Source: Eledone cirrhosa (lineage: Eukaryota). Taken from it: DNA of 64,000 nt. Of the stretch, positions 38,212-50,715 are shown piece by piece. Location: the NCBI GenBank assembly GCA_964016885.1, contig OZ024744.1:39184001-39248000 (forward strand). Direction: 5' to 3'. Positions within the stretch are counted from its first letter, which is position 1, and every line of letters begins with the position of its first letter. Position numbers and translations under genes: made by a program. The notes under the pieces were generated by a model. It saw only the letters and a list, made by a program, of their open reading frames with translations, did not search any database and was not told the origin of the DNA.

Positions 38212-38621
38212 ATCATCATCATCATCATCATCATCATCATATGTCCGTTTTTCCCTACTTGCAAGGGTGGGATGGGTCTTATTCAGCACAGCATCTTTTC
38301 ACTTGTCACGGTCCTTCGTCATGTCCACCGTGGGATTCAGTGATCTGAGGTCTGTTCTCACCACCTCCGCCCATGTTTTTCGTGGTATACCTCTACCACG
38401 TCTTCCTTCAACTAGCATTTCCTGGCACTTCTTTCTTTACCCAGCGGTCATCCTCCATGTGCATCACATGTCCATACCACCTCAGTCTCCTCTCCCATAC
38501 ACTACATTCTATCCCTCTCAGACACAGTTTCTCTCTCAACACATTTATGCTGGGTCGTTCACGCACATTTACACTGCACATCCAACGGAGCATGCTTGCC
38601 TCATTTGTCTCCAGCCGTCGC
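38212..38621 (-). mobile_element. RTE-clade LINE, family 4, 3' fragment with short 3' UTR
   Basis: ORF 38408-38623 (MLRWMC, RRLRWYGHVM) and (ATG)n tail. A tiny 3' copy lies at ~50766-50839 (+). Confidence 0.85.
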
Positions 38622-39068
38622 ATATATATGTATATATATATATATATTTCCAGGATTCATAAAAATGGCTTCTCTCGGCCCTCTAAATCGCTATCACCCC
38701 CACTCTCTCTATCATATACGTCCCTCTCTCTCTGTCTCTCTCTCTCACTCCCTACTCGCACAAAATATAAATAAACCTGTTACGAGGGACAATATTCAGA
38801 ATTTGTCAACTCTTATTAATGGTCAGTCCACTTCTACGAAATGTAATGTATAAATAACATTTTCTTCTTGTCTACCTATCCTTCCGTTCATTCATCCATA
38901 TATCTATAATCGCCCAGAATCCAAATCCTACTTCATAATTGCTATTCTATAATTCTGTCTCACTGTTCTAAATAATCTTCTCCTTGCTAACTACCCCATA
39001 CCCCTCCATCCCGCCCCCACTCTCCACCTTTATTATTAGGACCAATCACAAGTCAACGGCCTATGCTA

Positions 39069-42000
39069 TCACATCTGGTTGCTTTTCGATATGATGGATG
39101 GACTAAGGAATTTCTGGAGAGTCTGAAGAATCTGGACACTCGAAGACAATGCCAAAGATAATGACAAATTCACCTCATGCTGCCGGACGAAAGGGCAAGG
39201 CCACCTCCTCTTTGTTGCGGCCGCGGATGGCCAACATAACCCCAACCCCATCCCCTCACCCCTCCCTGCGCCCCACCCACCAAACGCAATCCAAAACTTC
39301 AGAGTTGGTACCATGAATGTAGGCACCTTAAAAGGTCGCTCTCACGAGGTTGTAGAAATACTTGAACGTAAGGAGGTTGATGTGCTGTATCCAAGAGACC
39401 AGGTGGAGGGGCGGGTCTGCTAGATTCATTGTGGGTAAAAACCGATGCTATAAGCTTTTCTGGGTGGGAAATGACAATGGGCTGGGTGGGGTAGGAATCA
39501 TGTTAGCAGAAAAATGGGTGAATAAGATAATAGACGTAAATAGAGTGAATGACAGAATAATTAAAATAAGATTTGTTCTAAATAGAACTACTGTGACAGT
39601 AATATCTGCGTACGCGCCCCAATCCGGATTGCCTGGCGCTATAAAAGACAGATTCTATGAGACACTGATGCTCACTACCTCCCAAATAACCGACAGTGAC
39701 TATATAATTATTGCTGGCGACCTAAATGGTCACGTTGGACAACATTGTGACGGCTATGACGGAATCCACGGAGGCTATGGGTTTGGTACTAGAAATGAGG
39801 AAGGCTCCAGAATCCTGGAATTCTGTGACGCAAATAACCTAACTATCTGTAACACTAACTTCAAAAAACGAGACAATCACTTGATCACCTACAGATCAGG
39901 GGAACATACCAGCCAGGTAGATTATATCCTTACCAGAAGACGTGACAGAGTGTCTGTTGTAAACACTAAATCCCTCCCCCATGAAGAATGCACCTCCCAA
40001 CATAGACTGATAATTAGCAACCTCATAATCAGGACGAGACGTACTCGACAGCAGAATAGGACTATCCTCAGGAGAAAAATATGGAAGCTAAAGGACCCCA
40101 TAGCCAGAAATAAATTTAAAAGCATATTACTTGATGCTTTCGACAGTAAGGAAGAGCATTTAGAGTCGTACAATATAGAGGAACAGTGGGAATTCCTGAA
40201 AGCAAACCTGCTGATGGCGGCAGATGAAGTCTGTGGCTGGAACAGGCCTATAGGCAGGAGGAGAGTAACATGGTGGTGGAACAGTAAGGTGGAGGAGTCA
40301 ATGAAGGCCAAAAAGCAGGCTTGGAAAGTATGGCGGGATGGGGGAAGTAGAGAAGATTATCAAGTGGCCAGGAGGGAAGCTAGGAGACAAGTGTACTTCG
40401 CAAGAAGGGAAGCAGAGGAAAGAAAGTTCAAGCATGTTCTACAACGCGAGGACCAAAAACGCGAGGTGTTCAGGATTGCTAGGCAATGTGTCAAGGAAAA
40501 CCGTGATATTGTCGGGGAGAAGTGTGTACTTAATGATGATGGTGTACTTGCCATCACTGACGCTGATAAGAAGGTGGCTTGGAAGTGTCACTACGAAAGG
40601 CTACTAAATGAGGAGAATAAATGGGAGAAAGACAGTCTCCCCCACATCGACCCAATAGAGGGACCAGCAGTGTTAGTCGAAGGTAGTATAATAAGTAAGG
40701 CAATCAAAGATATGAAGACGGGTAAGGCAGCTGGGCCTTCGGAAATAGTTGCTGAAATGCTGAAAGCTTCTGGAACGGTGGGACACACCATGGTCACCCG
40801 GATAGTAAACCAAGTCATACAGAATGGGGTTGTTCCTAAGGACTGGCGTATCAGCATCATCATTAACTGCTACAAGGGTAAAGGAGATGCCCTAGATAGG
40901 AGTAACTATAGAGGCATTAAATTAATCGACCAAGTCATGAAGGTCACAGAAAAAGTATTACGCAACTAATAAGAGAGAGAATTGAAGTACATGCACACAC
41001 ACACACACACACAAAGTAAAACATGGGCATTAAATGCAGACGATATGCGAAGATTGGAAATAAATAAAAAGCAAGCATGCTTCGATGGATGGATGATGTT
41101 AATGTGCATGAATGATGAAACAGTCAAGCTGAGAGAGAAAAGAAATATAAACAGCAGATATTAACTTCTTTTTCTGCCCTTAAAAGGTCTTCATCCCTTC
41201 TGCCCTTAAAGGGTCTTATCTTATAAGCTATTTTATAGCATCTCCATACATGAGTACATCATTCTTTATATTAACTTTATCTTCTCAGCACTTTGTAAAA
41301 GTCCAAAAGATCAGCTAAATATACACAATATTTGTTTACTACGATGTTTATAGACATCTAAAAGCTGTGATTCAGCTATCTAATTTAAGATGGTAAGAGT
41401 TGTCATGGTCCCTTGGCTTAATCGCCTAAAGTGCCCAACCACAACCTGCGAGATACAGGGTTCAATTCCTCATAGCAGCTGATGGCAACTTCTTTTTCCG
41501 GCTTTTATGGGTCTTCACCCTCTGTTATAAGCTATTTAATAGCATCTCCATACATGAGCACATCATTCTTTATATTAAATAAATAAATAAATAAATAATA
41601 TATATATATATATATAGGTGTTGATGAATGGCTTGTGAGAGCTATACAAGCCATGTATAAAGAAACAGTCAGCAAGGTTAGAATTAACAACGAATATAGT
41701 GAAGAGTTTAGCGTAAAAGTTGGTGTTCATCTGGGCTCCGTTCTTAGCCCCCTACTATTTATTATTGCCCTTCAGGCTATAACAGTGGAGTTCAAGACCG
41801 GCTGCCCATGGGAACTCCTATATGCAGATGATCTAACGCTCATAGCTGAATCAATGGCCGAACTAGAGAAGAAATTCCAAACATGGAAGCACGCCCTAGA
41901 ATCAAAAGGCCTTAAAATTAACCTGGCTAAGACTAAAGTTCTAGTTTGTAGGAAAGAAAATAAGGTGGCAGTCCCTTCCGGGAAATGGCCATGCTCAGTG

Positions 42001-43161
42001 TGTAGGAAAGACGTAGGTAGAAACTCCATTTTATGTCCCAAATGCAAAGTATGGGTGCATAAAAGATGTAGTGGGATCACAGGTAAGCTAACTAAGAACA
42101 TAGTTTTTATATGTGGCCAGTGCTCTGGTGCAATAAGTAGCAGCAAGTGCCCACAAAATACTAGCTCTTTCCATTGCACAGATGGTTCTATAGAAATAGT
42201 GGACAGCTTCCGTTACCTGGGTGACAAAATCAGCAGTGGGGGAGGGTGCTCTGAAAGTACAGTAGCTAGAGTCAGAACATGATGGAAAAAGTTCAGAGAG
42301 CTTATACCACTATTAGCCGCTAAAGGGTTCTCCCTAAAAATGAAAGGCAGGCTGTATGATGCCTGCATACGAACAGCAATGTTGCATGGCAGTGAGACCT
42401 GGGCATTGTGTGCAGAGGATATACGCAGACTAGAGAGGAACGAAGCTTGCATGCTCCGCTGGATGTGTAATAGTAATATACGTGAACGGCAAAGCATAAA
42501 CAAACTAAGGGAAAAATTAGAAATAAGAGGGATCAGATGTTGTTTTCTCGAGAGAAGGCTACGTTGGTATGGTCACGTGATGCGCATGAAAGACGACAGC
42601 TGTATAAAAAAGTGCAGGGCAATAAAAATAGACGGTAGCCACGGAGTAGGCAGACCCAGAAAAACCTGGGATAAATTCCGACCTCACACACTTACACCTT
42701 TCCAAGACAATGTCACTGGACCGACATCTTTGGCGCTACACAGTAATAGAGAAGACCCGCCTTACCTAAGTACAAAGTGAAACCTACTACAGTCAGTAGG
42801 CACCTCTAACAAAATACACCCCCCGTCCCACTACCCCCACCCCATCCACACCACCCCTTTCAATGTAAAGTTATGTTGGTGCCACAACATCCAGTCCTAA
42901 ATAAATGAGGTTGTGTAGGTGTCACGACAAAAAAACACACAGTCCACGCTGTAATGTGGCCGTGTAGGTAACACGGTAAAAACCTCCCAGACCCACACTG
43001 TAAATGTGGTTGGTGTTAGGAAGGGCATCCAGCCAAAGAAAACCCGCCAGACAGTCCTATACGAGCAAGACAACCACTCTTGACTCAAGTGGGAAAACTC
43101 CCGTCCAAACCCATGCAAGCGTGGAAGATGGACGTTAAACGATGATGATGATGATGATGAT
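39069..43161 (+). mobile_element. Near full-length RTE-clade LINE, family 1 (APE + RT + PHD-like finger), interrupted at 40985-41616
   Basis: APE motifs (GTMNV, QETRW, YAPQ, GDLNGHVG, VDYIL, SQH) in 39300-40969. RT in 41635-42282, C-terminus in 42340-42780. Frameshifts and stops present. 5' boundary approximate. Confidence 0.92.
41407..41482 (+). other. tRNA-like Pol III head (SINE-like) within a ~320-bp partial tandem repeat; mirror copy at ~35453-35529 (-)
   Basis: TGGCTTAATCG (A-box-like) and GGTTCAATTCC (B-box). Flanking AACTTCTTTTTC...CATCATTCTTTATATTAA block occurs twice. Confidence 0.5.
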
Positions 43162-43170
43162 GTATATATA

Positions 43171-43262
<92 letters not shown>

Positions 43263-44340
43263 TACACATATACACATACGTATATACACATATATAAAAA
43301 ATAAACATGCAACATATTAAAGGTGGAGATATAACGTCCCATAGAGATATATAAAAAGAATGAGGAATGTGTATGCGTATGAGATATTACACAGGAGAAG
43401 CATGAGATATACAGAAAATATACAGACAATATAATATGTGTTACAAGATGAGATACGTGGAGAGTATGGACTCTCTATTGAAGAGATACACATGAAAGGG
43501 GTGCGTGGACTGGCCATTCTGAAGTATGTCACTGTGGTTGAGGTATATTGTCATGTAGGTGTAATGCATTTGACTGCATCGGCTTGGACTATGTTCTTTC
43601 CTAGAGTGATGTTTATGTATATATATATATGTTTATGTATATATATATATATGTTTATGTATATATATATTTATGTATATATATATATATGTTTATGTAT
43701 ATGTCTAAACAAAATGTTTTTAAATAGAATAGTGTAGTCATTAAACCATTCAGTGTCAATGTGATGGCATCAATATAGTTCATCTTCTGAATTATGGGAA
43801 TATGTAAAGCTGATATTTGATATACTGAAAAGTTGTACAAACATCAGTTACTGTTAATGATATACAGTCTCTGCTTGGATGTTAAACTTGGACAGTTTCA
43901 TATCTTAGATTTTTTTTCTTTGGTGGCATCTAAGTTTAATGGTCTTGAGGCTCCTCATGTTTTATCAAATATTTCTATGGAAAAGATTTTTTTAATGTCG
44001 GTTGATGAATATTCATGTTACTCTTAACGATCCAAAGCAGAACCACTCCTTACAACCATAGAGATAATAGCAATGCAAGAGAATCATTCAGACAATATGG
44101 AAATTTGTATTGTTGGTTCTAAGATTCACAGAATCTCGTTGGGAATGTATCCTATTTTGGGTTGTTTATTATACTCTGAAATACACATCAAAGTTATCTT
44201 AACAACATTATCACCATCATATTCATTTTTCCATTCTTGCATAGTCTTCTTTAGTACAGCTCTATGTATTGCACTATACCATTATCATGTCTATCTAGTT
44301 GGTATGTGGCTCCAAGTACAAATATGGTTTGTTGTTCACA

Positions 44341-44621
44341 AATACCCCCCCCCCCCCACCCCCACCCCCTCCTATGTAAAGTTATGTTGGTGCCACACCA
44401 TCCAGGCCGAAACAAATGAGATCGTGTAGGTGTCACGACAAAAAACACACAGTCCACGCTGTAATGTGGTTGGTGTTAGGAAGGGCATCCAACTGTAGAA
44501 AACCTGCCAGACAGTCCTATGCGAGCAAGACAATCACTCTTGCCTCAAGTGGGAATACCCCCGTCCAAACCCATGCAAGCGTGGAACACGGACGTTAAAC
44601 GTTGATGATGATGATGATGAT
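44341..44621 (+). mobile_element. RTE family 1, 3' UTR-only fragment
   Basis: Matches the UTR at 18580-18944. (ATG)n tail. Confidence 0.88.
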
Positions 44622-44664
44622 ATATATATGTTTATGTATATATATATATGTTTATGTATATATA

Positions 44665-45002
44665 TCATCATCATTTCATTTTAGATCCACTTTTCCCTGC
44701 TTGCAAGGGTGGGACGGGAACTGATTCTGGCTTGATTTCTACAGCTGGATGCCCTTCCTAACACCAACCTCATTTACAGTGAATGCTGGGTGCTTTTTTG
44801 CCGTGGCACCTCCACGACCACTTTGCAGTGGAATGATAGGGACCCCAGTCCCTATCATCTCATTTCTACAGCTGAATAAACTGGAGTAATGTGAAATAAA
44901 GTGTCTTGCTCAAGGAAACAACACATCACCCGGTCTGAGAAATGAACTCACAACCTTTCGATTGCAAGGCCAATGCTCTAACCACTAAGCCATGTGCCTC
45001 CA
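44665..45002 (-). mobile_element. tRNA-derived CORE-like SINE with RTE-derived 3' end
   Basis: TGGCTTAGTGG A-box, GAGTTCATTTC B-box-like, CCTTGAGCAAGACACTT..CTGTAGAAATGAG core, RTE-like tail. Confidence 0.85.
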
Positions 45003-45311
45003 TATATGTTTATGTATATATATATATATATGTTTATGTATATATATGTTTATGTATATATATATATATGTTTATGTATATATATGTGTTTATGTTTATG
45101 TATATATATATGTTTATGTATATATATATATGTTTATGTTTATGTATATATATATATATGTTTATGTAAATATATATATATATATATATATCCAAAATTA
45201 AATTAAGAGTGTCATGTCTGAGAGACATGTACCATATCCACTGTAGAATATCCTCAAAGATTCCAATAAATAGATTCGAGCATATATATCAGCTAGAAAT
45301 TGACAAACACG

Positions 45312-45354
<43 letters not shown>

Positions 45355-45356
<2 letters not shown>

Positions 45357-46928
45357 CATCATCATCATCAACGTTTAACGTCCGCGTTCCACGCTCGCAT
45401 GGGTTTGGACGGGGGTTTTCCCACTTGAGGCAAGGTTGGTTGTCTTGCTCACATAGGACTGTCTGGCAAGTTTTCTACAGTTGGATGCCCTTCCTAACAC
45501 CAACCACATTTACAGTGTGGGTCTGGGAGGTTTTTACCGTGTTGCCTACACGGCCACATTACAGCATGGACTGTGTGTTTTTTTGTCGTGACACCTACAC
45601 GATCTCATTTGTTTTGGCCTGGATGGTGTGGCACCAACATAACTTTACATAGAAGGGGGCGGTGTGGATGGGGTGGGGGTGGTGGGACGGGGGTGTATTT
45701 TGTTAGAGATGCCAACTGACTGTAGTAGGTTTTACTTTGTATTTAGGTAACGCGGGTCTTCTATATTACTGAGTACCGCCAAAGGTCTCGGTCCAGTGAC
45801 ATTGTCTTGGAGAGGTGTAAGTGTGTGAGGTCGGAGTTTATCAGCTCATCCCAGGTTTTTCTAGGTCTGCCTATTCCGTGGCTACCGTCTATCTTTATTG
45901 CCCTGCACTTTGTTATACAGCTATCGACTTTCATGCGCATCACGTGTCCATACCAACGTAGCCTTCTCTCTAGTAAACAACATCTGATCCCTCTTATTTC
46001 TAATTTTTTCCTTAGTTCGTTTATGCTTTGCCGTTCACGTATATTACTATTACACATCCAGCGGAGCATGCAAGCTTCGTTCCTCTCTAGTCTGCGTATA
46101 TCCTCTGCACACAATGCCCAGGTCTCACTGCCATGCAACATTGCTGTTCGTATGCAGGCATCATACAACCTGCCTTTCATTTTTAGGGAGAACCCTTTAG
46201 CGGCTAATAGTGGTATAAGCTCTCTGAACTTTTTCCATCCAGTTCTGACTCTAGCTACTGTACTTTCAGAGCACCCTCCCCCACTGCTGATTTTGTCACC
46301 CAGGTAACGGAAGCTGTCCACTATTTCAATAGAGCCCTCTGCGCAGTTGAAAGAGCTAGTATTTTGTGGGCACTTGCTGCTACTTATTGCACCAGAGCAC
46401 CGGCCACATGTGAAATCTATGTTCTTAGTTAGCTTACCTGTGATCCCACTACATCTTTTATGCACCCATACTTTGCATTTCTGACACAAAATGGAGTTTC
46501 TACCTACGCCTTTCCTACACATTTAGCATGGCCACTTCCCGGAAGGGACCGCCGCTTTATTTTCTTTCCTACAAACTAGAACTTTGGTCTTAGCCAGATT
46601 AATTTTAAGGCCTTTTGATTCTAGGCCGTGCTTCCATGTTTGGAATTTCTTCTCTAGCTCGGCCATTGATTCAGCTATGAGTGTTAGGTCGTCTGCGTAT
46701 AGGAGTTCCCATGGGCAGCCGGTCTTGAACTCCTCTGTTATAGCCTGAAGGGCAATAATAAATAGTAGGGGGCTGAGAACAGAGCCCTGATGGACGCCAA
46801 CTTTTACGCTAAACTCTTCACTATATTCGTTGTTAATTCTAACCTTGCTGACAGTTTCTTTATACATGGCTTGTATAGCTCTCACAAGCCATTCGTCGAC
46901 ACCTAGTTTTCTAAGAGCCCACCAGATA
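45355..46928 (-). mobile_element. RTE-clade LINE, family 1, 5'-truncated
   Basis: ORFs 46523-46885 and 45761-46522, 3' UTR and tail. Confidence 0.93.
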
Positions 46929-46950
46929 TATATATATATATATATATATA

Positions 46951-49346
46951 TTGTTATACTTTGGGAGGGTCATGTTCCAGGCCTGGAACAATGACGTGCC
47001 GGCGTTGTATGGGCTTCGAAAAGACCATAAAACGGGCAGTGACCCTGTCGCGGGACCACCAACACGGCCAGTCTGTGGGGCTAACATTGCTAGTAACTAC
47101 AGACTGTCCTACTTCCTCTCCCTGATCATACGCCCCATCATTGAAATGTTCCCAGATGTATGTGACAGCACGGAGGACCTCCTCAGCAGAATCGGCGAGA
47201 GTAACCGATCTAGGGACCTAACAAACTGCATAATAAGCAGTATGGATGTTGTGTCCCTGTATCCATCTATTGACGTGGATTTTGCTGTGGAGAAATGCGT
47301 AGAAATGATCAGTGAGAGCAATGTTGAGTTCCGTGGGATTGATACCAGTGAGCTGGGACTCCTACTTAAACTTACCTATAGTAATAATTACCTAGACACA
47401 TATGACGTTAGCAACCTGTGCCCTACAAGACCAGCAAGAGGCAGACCACCTACCATTACCTCAATGGCCAAGAAAACCCACACAGATAGATGGAACGGGT
47501 GGACCAGAGCCATACGGACACCCGAAAACCACGATGAACTGAAGAAAATGATTGCACATGCGGTAGGGGCCAGCATAAAACTAACCCTTAAGGAACATAT
47601 GTTCAAATTTAATGGAAAAACATATGCCCAAGAGGAAGGAGCAGCCATTGGTTTTAGTATTGCAGGCGACATAGCTAACTTATTCATGGTATGGTGGGAA
47701 AGTAGACTTAAACTTAAACTTAAAGAACAATTAGAAGACCCCTTAACCCTGATAATGTACTCCCGCTACGTTGATGATAAAACATCGTAGTTAAGACACC
47801 CCGATTAGAGAACAGTCAGGAACTAGAGAAAAACACAATGGAAAGCATCCAGCAAATAGCTAACTCCATCCACCAGAGCATTAGAGTTACTATAGACTAC
47901 CCAAGTAAACACCCCAACCATCGATTACCTGTACTAGACACAGAGCTCTGGTTAGATACCATTAATAACAAAAAACAAATCCTCCATTCCCATTATGCCA
48001 AACCCATGACTTCCAAACATCTGATCCACCGAAACTCGGCCGTTTCGGACCATGCCAAAATCAACATACTGATTGCGGATTTGGTACGGGTGATGAGAAA
48101 CGTGTCCCGCATGTGCAACCCCGAAGAACTAGAGAGACACATACAACACTTCATCCACCGTATGCAGTTCTCTGGCTACAATCAGAGAGATAAAATCAGA
48201 GTGTATAGAGGAGCCAGAACCAAATGGGAAAAAATGGTAAATAATGACATAAATGGGACCTGCCCCTTGTATAGGAGCAAATTTTGGAATAGAATAGAAA
48301 GAACTAGGAACAAGGCTAATAGAATAAACTCATGGTATGATAGCAATAAATACCAGAGTGTAATGTTCATCAATACAACCCCTAGAGGTGAATTAGCTTA
48401 CAAATTTAGAAGGGACCTAGATAAACATAAACTCAATATTAAGATAGTAGAAAGACCAGGTACCTCCGTAAAAACACTTATTAGCAAGACATACCCTTTT
48501 CAAAGACCCTCATGTATAGATAAGAAATGTATAACCTGTAAAATAAGCCCCCATATTAACTGTAAAACTAGAAATGTAGTGTATAGCATAAGATGTACTG
48601 AAGGACAATGTAGAGATAAAAATATAGTGTACATAGGTGAGACAGCTCGTAGTGTAGGGGAACGGATAAATGAACACTGGCGAGACATTCATGATAGTAA
48701 AGAATCATCTGTACTCTACCAACATGCTAAAATAGAACACAAGGGTAAATTAGAGAACATAGAAATAAAAATAGAATCTACACACAGAAAAGACGCAATG
48801 TTTAGACAAATCACAGAGGCAATAAGCATAAAAGAATTACAACCAAAATTAAATAGAAAATATGAGTGGAACAGCAACATAACAACTTACAATTAAGGAC
48901 AAAATGAAAACACACACACACATAGAACAAACAACCAACCAGTAACATGTAAATAAACAAATAAATAAATGAACATAAACACACACAGACACCCGGATGT
49001 GGCGCATGCGCAGACTGAGCACACAACACACATGCAGAAACAAAATGGCGTAGGACAGAACAAAGGAGAGGCACAAAAACAAAGAAAGGAATCCCCAGTC
49101 ACTGAAGAGGTCACAGAGTGTGTGACGAAAGAACTATGACAATATATAAACAACTATCTGGTTGTGGAACCAACCAACCAACCAGAAATTTATAAATTTA
49201 TTATAAATTTATTATAATAAATTGAAGTGAAAGCAACTGGTGCGTGTGTTTCTTATTGGCAACATGACCCTCCCAAAGTATAACAATATCGGTTTCAACA
49301 CACGATTTCAGATAAAGAATCTTGCTAAACAAATTCAGAAACGAAA
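46951..49346 (+). mobile_element. Penelope-like element 3 (RT + Cys-rich linker + GIY-YIG), 5'-truncated, one frameshift near 47780
   Basis: LYGLRKDHK..RPV, SMDVVSLYPSI, QEEGAAIG, RYVDD and LPVLD motifs; NVVY..C...YIGETARS..ER..EH. 46951-46976 is an inverted copy of 49261-49286. Confidence 0.93.
49098..49140 (+). ncRNA. Minimal type I hammerhead ribozyme in the PLE3 pseudo-LTR
   Basis: GUCA-CUGAAGA-G-GUCACA-GAGUG-UGUGAC-GAAAG-AA-CUA^UGAC. Confidence 0.7.
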
Positions 49347-49367
49347 TATATATATATATATATAATT

Positions 49368-49510
49368 ATGAAAATAAACCAAAGAAGCCTTCAATACATC
49401 AAAAGTCTTTATTAGCCAACAATGTTTCGTCCTATTAAGGACTCATCATTTTCATTTCTATAATACGAAGAGGGTGTTTAACTCCAACAGGCTCCAGTAT
49501 TTTAATCCTT
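49368..49510. mobile_element. Tiny two-armed Penelope-type remnant with a truncated hammerhead (49418-49448, minus)
   Basis: Minus strand UGAUGA-GUCCU-UAAU-AGGAC-GAAAC-AUU-GUU. C3 and the 5' strand of stem I are lost at an ATTTTCAT junction that mirrors ATGAAAAT at 49368. Confidence 0.55.
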
Positions 49511-49665
49511 ATATATATATATATAAAAGAGTTAAACAAGATTCAATGAGTATGTACAGCTACATGTAGGTCACTACAAGTACATCAAAGAATGTGTTTT
49601 ACAGTAGTTCTACCTTGATTAAATCTTAACCATTTAACATCTCAGGGTATGTCATGTATCATTTT

Positions 49666-49718
49666 ATTTTATCTGATGAGGACGTAATGTTGTACCTCTG
49701 AAATATGCATAATAAAAT
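49666..49718 (+). ncRNA. Type I hammerhead ribozyme in an orphan pseudo-LTR-like fragment (~49524-49765)
   Basis: AUUUUAU-CUGAUGA-GGACGUA-AUGUUG-UACCUCU-GAAAU-AUGC-AUA^AUAAAAU. Confidence 0.72.
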
Positions 49719-49787
49719 TTAATCGATCACAAGAACATCTATTTTATTAATATTTGTATTTTAATATATATATATATATATAAAAAA

Positions 49788-50041
49788 TGGAGGCACATGG
49801 CTTAGTGGTTAGACACTTTATTTCACATTGCTCCAGTTTACTCAGCTGTAGAAATGAGATGATAGGGGCTGGGGTGGAAAGTGGACGTGTAGGTGCCACG
49901 GAAAAAAAGCACCCAGCACTCACTGTAAATGAGGTTGGTGTTAGGAAGGGCATCCAGCTGTAGAAATCAAGCCAGAATCAGTTCCCGTCCCACCCTTGCA
50001 AGCAGGTAAAAAGCGGACGTAAAATGAAATGATGATGATGA
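49788..50041 (+). mobile_element. SINE of the 44665-45002 family, with B-box region deleted
   Basis: GGTTAGA is joined directly to (AGA)CACTTTATTTC, an AGA microhomology deletion. Confidence 0.82.
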
Positions 50042-50052
50042 TATATATATAT

Positions 50053-50218
50053 ATAAAATAAACATATGAAACAATCACAGGGAATAATTTGTAAAGTCTG
50101 TAAGCACACACAGCTAGGTAGGTAACTAATAAAAGTTTAACTAGAACCTCAAATATGGTTTTAAGATGATTAATTAAGATGATTAATTCCCTGTGATTGT
50201 TTCATATGTTTATTTTAT
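50053..50218. repeat. Short element bounded by a perfect 33-bp inverted repeat
   Basis: ATAAAATAAACATATGAAACAATCACAGGGAAT at 50053-50085; reverse complement at 50186-50218. Confidence 0.8.
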
Positions 50219-50261
50219 ATATATAAATATATATATATATATATGTCAATCAATTTCTAGT

Positions 50262-50304
<43 letters not shown>

Positions 50305-50307
<3 letters not shown>

Positions 50308-50715
50308 TTATACTTTGGGAGGGTCATGCTGCCAATAAAAACACACGCACCTGTTGGTTTTCACTTCAATTTATTATAATTTTCTGGTTGGTTGGTTGGT
50401 TGGTTCGATAACCGGATGGTTGTTTATATATTGTCAAAGCTCTACACATGTGTAGGACAGAACAAAGGAGAGACACAAATTAAAAACCCAGTTACTGAGG
50501 ATGTCACAGAATGTGTGACAAAAGAGCTTTGACAATATATCAATAACCATCCAGTTATCAAACCAACCAACCAACTGGAAATTTAAATAAATTGAAGTGA
50601 AAACCAACAGGTGCATGTGTTTTTATTGGCAGTATGACCCTCCCAAAGTATAACAATATCTGTTTCAACACACGTTTTCAGTTAAGAATCTTGCAAAACA
50701 AATTAAAAAACGAAA
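50305..50715 (+). mobile_element. Non-coding derivative of the PLE3 family: inverted pLTR arm + direct pLTR + tail
   Basis: 50305-50440 is the reverse complement of the pLTR 3' part. 50450-50715 aligns to 49049-49346. Degenerate HHR at 50491-50533 with G12 changed to A. Confidence 0.85.

Noticed and set aside
41407-41482. Functional tRNA gene
   Set aside because: A and B boxes are present but I cannot form an acceptor stem or cloverleaf. Treated as SINE-like.
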